A DNA stretch of 64,000 nucleotides from Vicugna vicugna. Taxonomy: Eukaryota. Under the pieces are notes generated by a model. The model had not been told where the DNA came from, made no database searches, and was given only the letters and a program-made list of their open reading frames with translations. Below, one piece after another: positions 53,756-64,000 of the stretch (positions are counted from its first letter, which is position 1; each line of letters opens with the position of its first letter). The position numbers and the translations under genes were made by a program. The DNA is taken from assembly GCA_013265495.1 (NCBI GenBank), contig MU058384.1, positions 4,637,239 through 4,701,238 on the forward strand, written 5' to 3'.

Positions 53756-54659
53756 AATTATCAGACCTCTGTGAACGGGCAAAAATCCTGAAGATATTTG
53801 TGTCCTATGTGAATGTTCACCAAAGGATGACCTCAGCAGAGGAAGATTTTAAAAATCAAGTGGATAGGATGACCTATTCTATGGATATCAGTCTCTTTCC
53901 CCCGCCAACCCCTATCATCACTCATTGGGCTCATGAAAACACTGGCCATAGTAACAGGGATACACAGGGGTTATACATGGGCTCAGCAACATGGATTTCC
54001 ACTCACCAAGGCCAACCTGGCTACAGCCACTGCTGGGTACCCAATTTGCTAGCAGCAGAGACCAACACTGAATTCCTGATATGGCACCATCCCCTGGGGT
54101 AATCAGCCAGCTGTTTGGTAGAAGGTTGATAACATTGCATCCCTTCCATCATGGAAGGGGCAGAGTTTTGTTCTTACTGGAATAAACACTGGATATGGAT
54201 TTGCCTTCCCTCAATGAAAAGTTTCTGGCAAAACTACCATCTGCCAACTACAGAATATCTTATCCACCATCATGGTATCCCACACAGCATTGTTTCTGAT
54301 CAAGGAACTCACTTCACAACAAATGAGGTATGGCAGTGGGCTCATGCTCATGGTATTCCCTAGTTTTCCTATGTCCCCCACCATCCTGAAGCAATCAGCT
54401 TGAGAGAATGGTGTAATGGTCTTTTGAAGACTCAGTTACAGTGCCAGCTAGGTGCCAATGCCTTGCAGGGCTGGGGAAAGATTCTCTATTTTTGCTCATA
54501 TCTTTCATAAAAGTGCACAGCCAACTTTGCATAATTTGCTTTAAAAACAATGATCAAAATGTATCAGATTCATCTGCTCCCATGAGAAGGCAACATCATG
54601 ACTAGGAAGGACTTAGGATCTCAGTACCCATTTGAAGATTTTCCAAAGGATCTGCCATA

Positions 54660-55400
54660 AAAAATACCTATAATATTCAAGGCACTGTCTTGGAGATACA
54701 AAAATTAATAAGATACATTGCTTTAAGGAGTTTATACCCTGGTGGAGCAGATGGAGAAGTGAAAAAAATGTAGTGTGATATGCACAAGGGGTAAGGGTAA
54801 TTTGAGATGACCCAGAATGTCACCTCATTCAGCCTACAGAACAGGGAAGGTTTACTAGAGGTAAGGCAGAAGAGCGCTTAGCGGAAGGTACACTTGCAAG
54901 GAAGAAGGGAGTTCCTGAGAGAGAGGAACTTGTGCATAGGTCCAGAGGTGAGAGCAAACAGGAATCATTCTAGAAACTGAAAATGATCACCAGTATATTC
55001 CCAGCACCTAGAACAGTGCCTGACAAATAATCAGTATTTGCTAAGCAGATGAGTATAAGGAAGGAAAGTGGTAGCATATCATGTTGGAAAGGCACACAGG
55101 TGTCAGATCATGAAGAGTCTTCCTAGTATGTCAAGTTAAAGATTTTGAAGCTTATTCTGAAGGATATTGGAAATTAAAAAATCTAAGCATGATGGCCATG
55201 AACAGAGTTGCTGACAGTTACACACAGAATAGATTTAGAGGCACAACTGAAAGCAAGAAGTCTAGTAAGGAGGCCATCACAGGAATCCAAACAAGAAATA
55301 ATGAGGGCTTGGGTAAAGGAAGCAGAAATAGGGAAATAATAAAGATCAACGAATTCTGGAGATGTTTAGGAAGTACAATGAACAAGACTTGGGAAGTATT
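54660..55400 (-). mobile_element. L2 fragments, mainly antisense
   Basis: aggcactgtcttggagatacaaaaattaataaga...ggagtttataccctgg; cagatcatgaagagtctt; a short sense L2 end at ~54990-55055. Confidence 0.7.
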
Positions 55401-57225
55401 TTGTGTTTGTATCTTTGGTGAGAGACAGACACTATTTGCTTTGAAAAACCTTAGGAATTTTACTGGCTATTTTGTGTCCACCACACAGTGTGTTAGTCAG
55501 TTGTCCTAGCTGACCCTATCTCTGAAAGGAAAACTTTCACAAGGTTATTATAATCCCTGGTACTACCATGCCTTCTCTGGTTTTCTGTCAGTAGTAAGTC
55601 CTTTCATTTCCATGGTAACCCATGTAATAAAGGCAAAAGAAAGAAAAATTTCTATATTTTTCAAAGCCCTTATTTCATTCTTTGGTCTTTGGCACCAAAT
55701 TTAAATTATTCTGAAGAAATAACAAGTTAATTAAATATTTCCAGTGGGAAACATGTATTCTGTACCTTTCTCAGTCTATATTCTTCTATAAAGAAAGCTG
55801 TAGCTGGACTCAGAGATACTTACAGACCTTAATAATTTCCTTAAGAATGATAGGCTGGGATATTCAAAAGCAACAGGACGATCAGGCTGGCCACTCAGTG
55901 TTAGGCCACCTTGAAGAGATGATCTCAGATAGCAAAGACAACTGGGGAAGGGAAATAGTAAAAGTTTTATTCTCTCCCAAGTTCACTTCCGTTGTTCTGT
56001 TTTAATATTAGATCTTCTGATCAGTATCAGTCACCTATAGTTAATCTCAGGAATCTGCAAACTTAATTTATTGATACTTCTATATAATTCCACTTATCAG
56101 TAAGTTGAGATGGGGCCAGGAGACAATAATTTTTTTAATGACAAAAGATGAGGTAGAAAAAAGTATCATGATTACTTTATTCACATAAATTACCCACTCT
56201 TCTTACTAATAGGCTCACATTAAAACGAATGGCGAAGGAGAAAGAATAAAAGTTTTCAACTTTAGTCCCAAGGCTAATGTTAATATATGTTAATACTTTC
56301 ATCCCCATGTGTTAAAATTCTTATTAAGTGAGGTTGAAACATCTTGTGGATCAGGAATCAGGTGGCATCATCAAGCAGGTGTGTGCTACAGCCATTATAA
56401 GCAGTCAGGTCTGTCCAGCAGCAGAAGATTGGACCACATGGCATTTCTTCCATATGCCCTGTTTCCTGTTGCCTTTTCTTTCCTGCTGATTCCTATTATT
56501 TGGATCCCATTTGGGATTTCTAGTGTTTTTTTTTTTCTATTTGACTCTTAGCATTGCTTCTTCAATAAAATAATTGTCTCTGAATCTACTACACTGCCAC
56601 TTTCCCCTTACATTAAACTTGAGGGCACCAGCAGATCTCCAGGCCTGACTGCTATGTGCCCAGGTCAGTCTGTGCAGTACGTGATGTTAGGATCCATTAG
56701 TGAACCACGGAAAATATTCACATCATGATTGGACAGGAAAGGAGTAGCTATGATTCAGAGAGCAAAGTCTGGATGTGGTGAGCATTCCTGGGCAGCCAGA
56801 GTGTCCAGTGCATATCAGACCAGTGGTCAGCCCAGGAGCACCCACCTCTGTCCTCTCTTGTTACTCCCAACCAAGTTCCCCAGTGGGTTTTAAGTCAATT
56901 TGATAAAATGTTAGAACTAGCTCAGTAATTAGAGATCAGCATTTATTAGTAGACCCAGCTGTTTTTTCTTTTTCCAAAGGAATTTTCAATGTTTTCAAGA
57001 AGTTAAAATGCCTGAATTTCTAAAAAGTATCAGATTAAAATTAAAACTAGTGGGAAGGAGGCTTTGAGTTATTATGAGTGTTATGGAGGCTTTGACATTT
57101 TTCTAAGTGATATGGAGAGAATGAAATTCAGTCAAGATATAATTAGTGCCTATTGTATGTAGAGCACTGTGATAGATACTAGAAATACAAAGATGAACAG
57201 TCATCATCATTACCCTCAAGATACT

Positions 57226-57595
57226 TGCTATGAACTGAATGTTTGTGCCACCCTCCCCCCTGCAAATTCATATGTTAAATCCTAATGCTCAAGGTGATAG
57301 TATTTGGAGGTTGGGCCTCTGGGAGGTGATTAGGTCATGAGGGTGCAGCACTCATGAATGGGTTAGTGCCCTTTTAAGAAGGCTCCAGAGAGATCCCTTG
57401 AACCTTTCTGGCATAAGTGGGTACAGCAAAAAGATGGCAACCAGGAAGTAAAAACTCACCAGACATCAAATCTGCCACCACCTTGATCTTGGACTTCCCA
57501 GTGTCCAGAACTGAAAAAAAAATCAAATTTTTGTTGTTTATAAACTGCTTAGCCTCTGAGTATTTTTGTTATAGCAGCCCCAAAAGACTGAGACA
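57226..57595 (+). mobile_element. MLT1A0-like MaLR solo LTR inserted in L2
   Basis: tgctatgaactgaatgtttgtg...ttgttatagcagcc...gactgagaca; degenerate 5-bp TSD atact/gtatt. Confidence 0.9.
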
Positions 57596-57774
57596 GTATT
57601 TACCATACAGTAAGGGTATAGAAATACAAACATTCATTGTATACATAAATGTAATGTATGTAGTGTTAGTGTTCAAAGGCATCAGAGCAGAGCATAAATG
57701 TTCTAGTCTATTCTGAGGAATCAGAGACCATGTCAAAAGAGAGGTAGCAGGGCAGTTTGAAAGTTAAATAGCCT

Positions 57775-58073
57775 TTTTTAAATTTTTTACTGAGATGTAA
57801 CTGACATATAACATTATACTAGTTTTAGGTGCCCAACATAATGATTTGATATTTGTATATATTGCAAAATGATCACTACAATAACTCTAGTTAACAGCTG
57901 TCATACATAGTTACAAAACAATTTTATTCTTGTGATGAGGACTTTTAAGATCTATTCTCAGCAACTTTCAAATATGTAATATATTATTATTAACTATAGT
58001 CACTATGCTGTACATTATATCCACAGGAACCATTTATTTTATAACTGCAAATTTGTACCTTTTGATCCCCTTT
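57775..58073 (-). mobile_element. L1MA-like 3' end, antisense, inserted in L2
   Basis: ttttactgagatgtaactgacatataacatt...gcaactttcaaatatg...tttgtaccttttga. Confidence 0.85.
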
Positions 58074-58524
58074 GACAGGTGGACAAGGTTGGTGATAGCA
58101 TTTCAGCCAGAGAAAATAATATGCAAAATTATAAGAGCATGTGGTATTGTCCCTCCTTTAAACATAAGAGAAACTGACCTCTTCCAGGAACCACATAAAA
58201 GTTTTTGGGGTGGGGATGGGAGAGGAGTGATAGGGCTAGGAAGGCTCATTGTAGGCCACGTATGTCAAGTAATTGAGGCATGCCACTGGAAAATTCTGAA
58301 CAGGGAAGTGACATGTTAAAGTGCTTTGGAAAATCCTAAGAGGGGTGTCGATTAAAGAAGGATGAGGCTTCTGCTCTCAGGGGCTTCTTCACCATCCAGG
58401 TAAGACGTGATGAGTGGATGTAGAGAGAATGGAACAGATATTTAGTAGGTTAAATGGACGGCAACTAATATAACAGTTAACACCTATAAAATTCTATTTG
58501 TTGGGCACAGATATTATATAACAA

Positions 58525-58735
58525 CTAAGAATCCAGGTTCTGTAATCCAACTTTCTAAGTTCAAACACTGTGTCTCCATTCATTATTAACCATCATGAGT
58601 AAGTTGCTCAGCTTCCCTGTACCTTAGTTTCCTTATCTGTAAAGTAGGACCTACTTCATTGGACTGTGAAGATTAACTGGTTACCATATGAAAGACATTT
58701 AGAATGGTGCCTTAAAAAAGTATTAGTAATTCTTG
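58525..58735 (+). mobile_element. MIR SINE
   Basis: aagttgctcagcttccctgtaccttagtttccttatctgtaaagtagg MIR core. Confidence 0.75.
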
Positions 58736-59764
58736 TTACCTTATTTTACAGATAAGCAAACTTTAATATACTTAGATTAAGTATATTCCCAAAGATAAAC
58801 AGCTAATATATGAAATGTATTTGAAATGCGTGTTTGTCTAACTCCGGAGCATGACTCCAAGTCATCTGACTAACAGACTGTGCTCAGTGATAGAAGCTTG
58901 AGAGAAAGGAAAAAATATTTCAGATGATTGATGATCTGTATATGATTTGAATGTTTTATTTACATTTTGGATTTCCTATAGTTTTAGGTTTGGTCCTTAC
59001 ATAATCTTTAATTCTAAGGATTTATTAAAGATACTAATTTTACCCTCTTACAAGAGAATATTCTTTCTTCTCCAATAGTCCTTGGGTCCCCAGTTATCAC
59101 TAATTAAACTGAGGGTGAACAACAGACCTAGAGGCTGGGCTGGACCAATCAAATTCTCTTTCTTGTATATTTGCACTAAGGAAGTTGGTAGATGACTAGA
59201 TGATAGTGGATGGAACAGTGAGGTGAAACAATATTCTGTTTCAGGTTAACAAAATTAAATCATAGGCAGAATACTGAAGACTTTGAATTGCAGACTAAAA
59301 GTTCTGATTTTATCATATTGGCAAGGGAAAAATCACCAAAGGTTTTGAGCAGGAAATTTACACTGTGAAAATAAATAAGGATATTGAATTTATAAGGTAC
59401 ATAAGGTGAATTGAAGGCCAAAGAGGTCAGGTTTATAGGGAACATGGATTTTTGTATCAAAGTAGTGATCTGATATGCAAAAATAAGGGGGACAGTTGCA
59501 AAAGTCTTCCTAAGGGAGAATTTATTGGACATGATGAGTGATAAAATATTAAATGTAATAAAAAAGGAGCCCAGAGTAACTAAAAGATTTAAGTTTAGAA
59601 TGCAAGTTACTAGAAATACAGACTCTAAGAAGCAAAGATCCTTTTAGAGCATTGGGTTAAAATTTTTGACACGCTGAGTTCTCAGTAATGACAGAACATT
59701 TAAGTGCAACTATCTAGTGTTATTATTAAAATACTATTAAATATTATTAAAATACTATTAAAAG

Positions 59765-59950
59765 ATTCCAGAGCTGGAAAGTATCCTAGAAATGATCATA
59801 GTCAAATTGCTTTATCGCTCAAGTGAGAAACTTGAGCTGTAGAAGGCTAATTTATCTGATACAACACAAGTAATTAATATAGAAACAGAATTAGAACCTA
59901 AGCCTTTTGACTCCCAATTCAGTGCTTTTTTCAACTACATTCTACTGCCT
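59765..59950 (-). mobile_element. MIR/MIR3-type SINE, antisense
   Basis: agagctggaaag...gagaaacttgag...attagaacctaagccttttgactcccaattcagtgc. Confidence 0.65.
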
Positions 59951-60053
59951 CCTCTAATTTCGTTAGAGCAGAAGATGTATCAAAATTACACCACTGGGAG
60001 ATACATATAGTGATAAATTATACTGAAGTCACGAAATCTGTAGAGAGTTTAGG

Positions 60054-60253
60054 GCAGAGATGGCAATCAATTTCCAACTCACATGCCAGCTGCAGTAAGT
60101 CAGTAATGACTGCATGGATGTTATATTTCATTGAAAATAATTCTGAATCTGTGTCTAGGTTTATTGAGAAAAAGTGATATGACTATTAGTAATCCTGGCC
60201 AACAACAAAGTTGAAGAAGTGGGCAGTGTCTATGCCACCTATTGCTATCACTA
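60054..60253. mobile_element. Non-autonomous hAT relic (MER112/MER117-like)
   Basis: Inverted termini cagagatggcaa / ttgctatcacta, ~200 bp. Confidence 0.5.
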
Positions 60254-60835
60254 GTCAGAAGGAAAACTGCAGTCATAATCATGAGAAAGACCTGAAAATA
60301 TTTTTTTTAAATAACAGCCAGAAAAATATCAAAATGATCAGCTTTGGATAAGGTAGTAACATGTCCTTTCTATTATTTCGTTCCTATCTTAAATGGGAGG
60401 TGTTAGATAAACTGCTGAATGCTTATGGGAAGCATGGAGAATCTGAATATTTGGGGAGCCATGATGGAAGAGGCTAAAATGGAATAAGGGAGAGAGAGAG
60501 AGAAAGAGAAACATAAACTATAAGTTAATCTCTTTTATATACTTTTTCTATATGTTCCAAACTTTAGCTTAATTTGATTTTACACAGAGACTACCTAATA
60601 CAAATTTTTATGAAATAAATTGTATACACCAGAGTCAAGATTATTAACTGACTACATACATTTATCTCTTATTCCTAATAATCTAGGACATGGTTACAAA
60701 GAAAATACCCACACACACACACATGTATATATATGTACTGTATATAAATATGTACATAGAATCAATAAGGAAGACAGAAAGTAGATCATCAGACAAGAAA
60801 TGTCATCAAATTTATTTAAGAGAGTAGAAGAGGGG

Positions 60836-61397
60836 TATAGTGAGTTGAATGGTTGCCCTGCAAAAGATATCTTCATATCCTAATCTCCAGAACCTATGAA
60901 TGTTACCTTATTTGGACAAGGGGTCTTTGCAGGTCTAATTAAGTTAAGAATCTTCTTTTTTTTTTTTAATGGACGTACTGGGGATTGAACCCAGGACCTT
61001 GTGCATGTTAAGCACACACTCTACCACTGAACTATACCCACCCCCTCTAAGTTAAGGATTTTGCAATGAGGAGATCACCCTGGATTTTCCTGGTGGGCCC
61101 TAAATCCTACAACAAACATCCTAATAAGCATGCAGCACATGGAGATTACACAGAGAGAAGGCGGCCATGTGAAGACAGAAGCAGAGACAGCAGTGATGTG
61201 GCTACGAGCCAAGGAATGCCAACGGCAACCAGAAACTGGACAAGGCAAGGAATATTATTGTCCTCACAGCCTCTGAGGGAGTAGGGCCCTGTTAACACCT
61301 TGATCTTCAACTTCTGGCCTCCAGAAGTAAACAGAGTTCTGTTGTTTAAAACTACCAAGTTTGTGTTAATTTATTTAAGCCACAAGAAATCAATGCA
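60836..61397 (+). mobile_element. MLT1C/D-like MaLR solo LTR containing a SINE
   Basis: gaatgttaccttatttggacaagg...ccaaggaatgcc...aacttctggcctccagaa; TSD agggg/agtgg. Confidence 0.85.
60955..61047 (-). mobile_element. tRNA-derived SINE, camelid Vic-1 type (short form)
   Basis: polyT, then gtactggggattgaacccaggacc...ctctaccactgaactataccc; 15-bp TSD taagttaagaatctt / taagttaaggatttt. Confidence 0.9.
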
Positions 61398-61896
61398 AGT
61401 GGTTTCTAAAAAGGAGCTGAGAAAACCAGCCTTGCAGAAATACAGAGAAGCTCAGAAAACAGCAACTGGAAGTGGGGAGTGGAATGTGGAGTTAAAACAG
61501 GGTAATTAATTTAAAGTGAGTATAAGTTATAATTGTCCCTCCCACCACACCTTCATTCCAACAGGGAGAATGCCCAGGAGGCAGGCATTCTTCTCTACAG
61601 AAACTGCATTGTTGAAAGAAGCAGGGTAGCTGATGTGGCTGTTCCCCAGCCAAACACCCTAAAGCAAGGTTGATCAGTTGGTAAGCCCAGTCCCCAACCA
61701 TACAGCACTCATTGACTTATTTTTAACAAATAAATAGTGAAGGAATCCTAGCCATTTTTAAAGGCTCTAGGATTATGAGAGGACAGAGATAAACAAGGAA
61801 AAAAGAAGTTCACAAAGAAAGTTGAAATAATTCAAGAACAGGAAAGAACCAAAAAAAGGAAGGCAGTCTATTTATTGAATAGATTCAGAGATAGTT

Positions 61897-62430
61897 ATGC
61901 CAGTTATTAATTTATCGCCTCTCAGCTCCAAACTCATCCTTCTTTTCCCTGCTGGTGATCCTGAAAGTGGACTCTGCTGTCAACATTGGGCTTGGCTTCC
62001 TTGCTAGATGTACCGTCTGCCGACAGAGGGCACTGTGAGGACACTATAAGGTCAGGAGGGGAGGGGCTTTTTGTTCTGAAGTTCTTCGTCTCTTATGATC
62101 CAGTAGGGGTCCTGCAGTGTTTATTTGGGCAGGAGGGCTGCGTGCTCCCATGGCAACCACGCCCCCTCCTCAGATGTCTGAATCTCTGCCTCTGGGCCTC
62201 CTCCTGTGGAGGTTCCAGGTTCCTTCCTTATTCACTGTTCCCTCAACTTTGGGAGTAATAGCTGTTCTCTGCAGTTACTACCTCTGTATACCTTATAGTT
62301 CTCTTTTACCCCTTTTATTAATGAATACATCTTTTACTTAGTTCACAATTTAGTAGTTCACAATTATTTTCTCAATTCAAATTATTGGTGTAGTAATTTT
62401 TGTCCCCTTACCATATCCTGAATAACACAA
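61897..62430 (+). mobile_element. LTR33/LTR41-like ERVL LTR
   Basis: tgccagttattaattta...tctcagctccaaa...ctgccgacagagggcactg...ttcaaattattggtgt. Confidence 0.65.
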
Positions 62431-62769
62431 CAGTCAGTAACATTCTGAATCTTTAAAAATCTTATAAAAATAAACACTAGAGATCAGGTAAAACTTTCAG
62501 ATTGCTAAAGTAAAATTTTCAATAGATGGTTAGAAGACAAAAGTGAGAAAAATCTCCCAGAAAATAGAACATCCAGTTAAAAAATAGAAATATGGGAGGT
62601 GAGATTGAGGTGCAGAAAGGGATCAGAGTGAAAGGGAAGTGTAAGGTTGCTAAGTATCTTCATCTTTAAAGATGTAGTGGTAAGAGATATGATACATAGT
62701 TGATCAAAAATTAAAGAAAATGCATATTCTGTAAACTTACAAAGATAACCAAAAAAAGGAAATACAGTA

Positions 62770-62980
62770 ACAGTAGCACTTGCTTAGTGCTTTAGATGTA
62801 TTGATCCACTTATAATAAATAGTCTGTTCAAGGAATGGACTATTATTTTCCCCATTTTACAGATGAGGAGAAAGGTTCAGAGAGATTGAGTAACTTGTCT
62901 AAGGCCATGCAGCTGGTAAATGGCAGAAGTGGGATTCTAGAGTATGTGCTCTTATCTATTACACTCTACTGCCTCCTTAT
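62770..62980 (-). mobile_element. MIR SINE, antisense
   Basis: ccccattttacagatgaggagaaaggttcagagagattgagtaacttgtctaaggcca. Confidence 0.85.
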
Positions 62981-63274
62981 ATGACTTATTGGGAAGAGAT
63001 GGTTAAGGAAGGTAGAAGGCAATGTAAATGAGTTTAATTGTCTCTCTTAGCAGTAGATTAAGGCAATATTTAAAACTGATGAATTAAGAATAGTGATAAG
63101 TGATAGAGAGGTAATCACTGGAAGAAACAAAAACAGAAAATGTTTAAAGAGGTTTACTCTCAAGAGAAGTACCTTGAGAAGAAAGTGATGAACCAGTGAT
63201 TTTCTTCCAAGTCTTTCTGTACTATTAACACCTTGCTTTAATAATAATTTATTCTAAACATTTTCAAAGACATA

Positions 63275-63803
63275 TGTTGGGGAGGAAGAAATGTTCTTCT
63301 ACCCTTCTAGATTCTGCTGGCTGGTCCAAGAATTAAATTGACATGAGACAGAGTTACAGGACAAAATCAAACAAAAGCTTAATAACATGTATACGTGGGA
63401 GAGACCCAAGTGAACTGAGCAATTTACCAAACTGGCCAAAGCCCTCACTTTAAATACCATCTTCATCTAAAGACAAAAGAGGATGTTGGGGTTAGTGGCT
63501 TGGGACTTCAAAGGGGAGGAGGGCAACTGACATGGAGATGGAAAAGCAAATGTTTGGTATACATGGGACAAAGTAGACTCTGATGTCTAGGCCCTACCTG
63601 AGTCTCTTCCACCACATCTGGCCCATAATCCTTTCAGATATCTCTGGTGATAGCTGGAACAGGCCTTCCAGCTAAATTCTTTGGGGCAGTCAGGGGGAAG
63701 GTCAAAAGTTCTTCCTGAGTCTTTAGGGCCTTGATTGTTTTGAGCTTGAAATAACCTCCATGCCAAAGAGACATTTTGTGACAACAAACTTTGCTCTCCT
63801 ACA
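63275..63803 (-). mobile_element. ERV1-class solo LTR (MER34/MER39-like)
   Basis: Minus strand begins tgtaggagagcaaagtttg...caaaatgtctctttggcatggaggttattt and ends ...ccccaaca. Confidence 0.75.
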
Positions 63804-64000
63804 TACAAAATTATAAATCAACTTAGGGGAGAAAAAAATAAGATCATAAAGCTAAATTACTCACAAAAATATGTATTTCAAATTCTACATACTAATTATA
63901 CCAAGATAATCTTACATATGAAAACAAGGGAAGTCCCTTCTCCCTTGTGGTAGAAAATATCTGACCTGAATCCCTCAGAGAAGGAGGCCTGGTAGTCACA

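Larger units (their letters stand above)
51170..54488 (+). mobile_element. Degraded ERVL proviral internal region (gag-pro-pol), with an internal pol deletion and two nested insertions
   Basis: gag-like aaatgacctgaaagcttcta; decayed protease motif GLLEIGAELTLI (~53026); RT start PFNS…PDVVSLVEQ; RNaseH end KIFVSYVNVHQR; integrase HGIPHSIVSDQGTHFT; multiple stops and frameshifts. Confidence 0.9.

Noticed and set aside
53587..54102. 171-aa ORF with partial retroviral similarity
   Set aside because: TTG start inside the palindromic insert, reading by chance into decayed ERVL RNaseH sequence and then out of frame; not a domesticated gene on this evidence
1..64000. Assignment of the window to a named gene locus
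   Set aside because: No recognisable coding exon or diagnostic sequence; would need a genome alignment

Overview
AT-rich mammalian genomic DNA, very probably from a camelid: it has two Vic-1-type tRNA-derived SINEs and young L1 3' ends. The window looks intergenic or deep-intronic and is dominated by interspersed repeats: L1 of several ages, L2, MIR, MaLR/ERVL/ERV1 LTRs, degraded ERVL-class proviral internals, and hAT and Tc2-type DNA-transposon relics. I found no protein-coding gene I can recognise. The longer ORFs that I could assign fall inside repeats, and the rest show no recognisable homology. There is no prokaryotic-type system, CRISPR array, rRNA or genuine tRNA gene, and I cannot support a claim of a new biological system. 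The best leads are: (i) an unassigned ~175-bp palindromic MITE with an 8-9-bp TSD at a deletion junction in an ERVL pol gene; (ii) a 252-bp non-repeat retroposed insert with an 18-bp TSD inside an old L1; (iii) a dense GATA/E-box/RUNX/ETS motif cluster resembling a haematopoietic enhancer; (iv) a strong CTCF site with its upstream module, plus two weaker sites in divergent orientation; (v) several minus-strand exon-like segments that might belong to a lncRNA. Repeat family names come from remembered consensus features, not a database search. Boundaries without TSDs are approximate.
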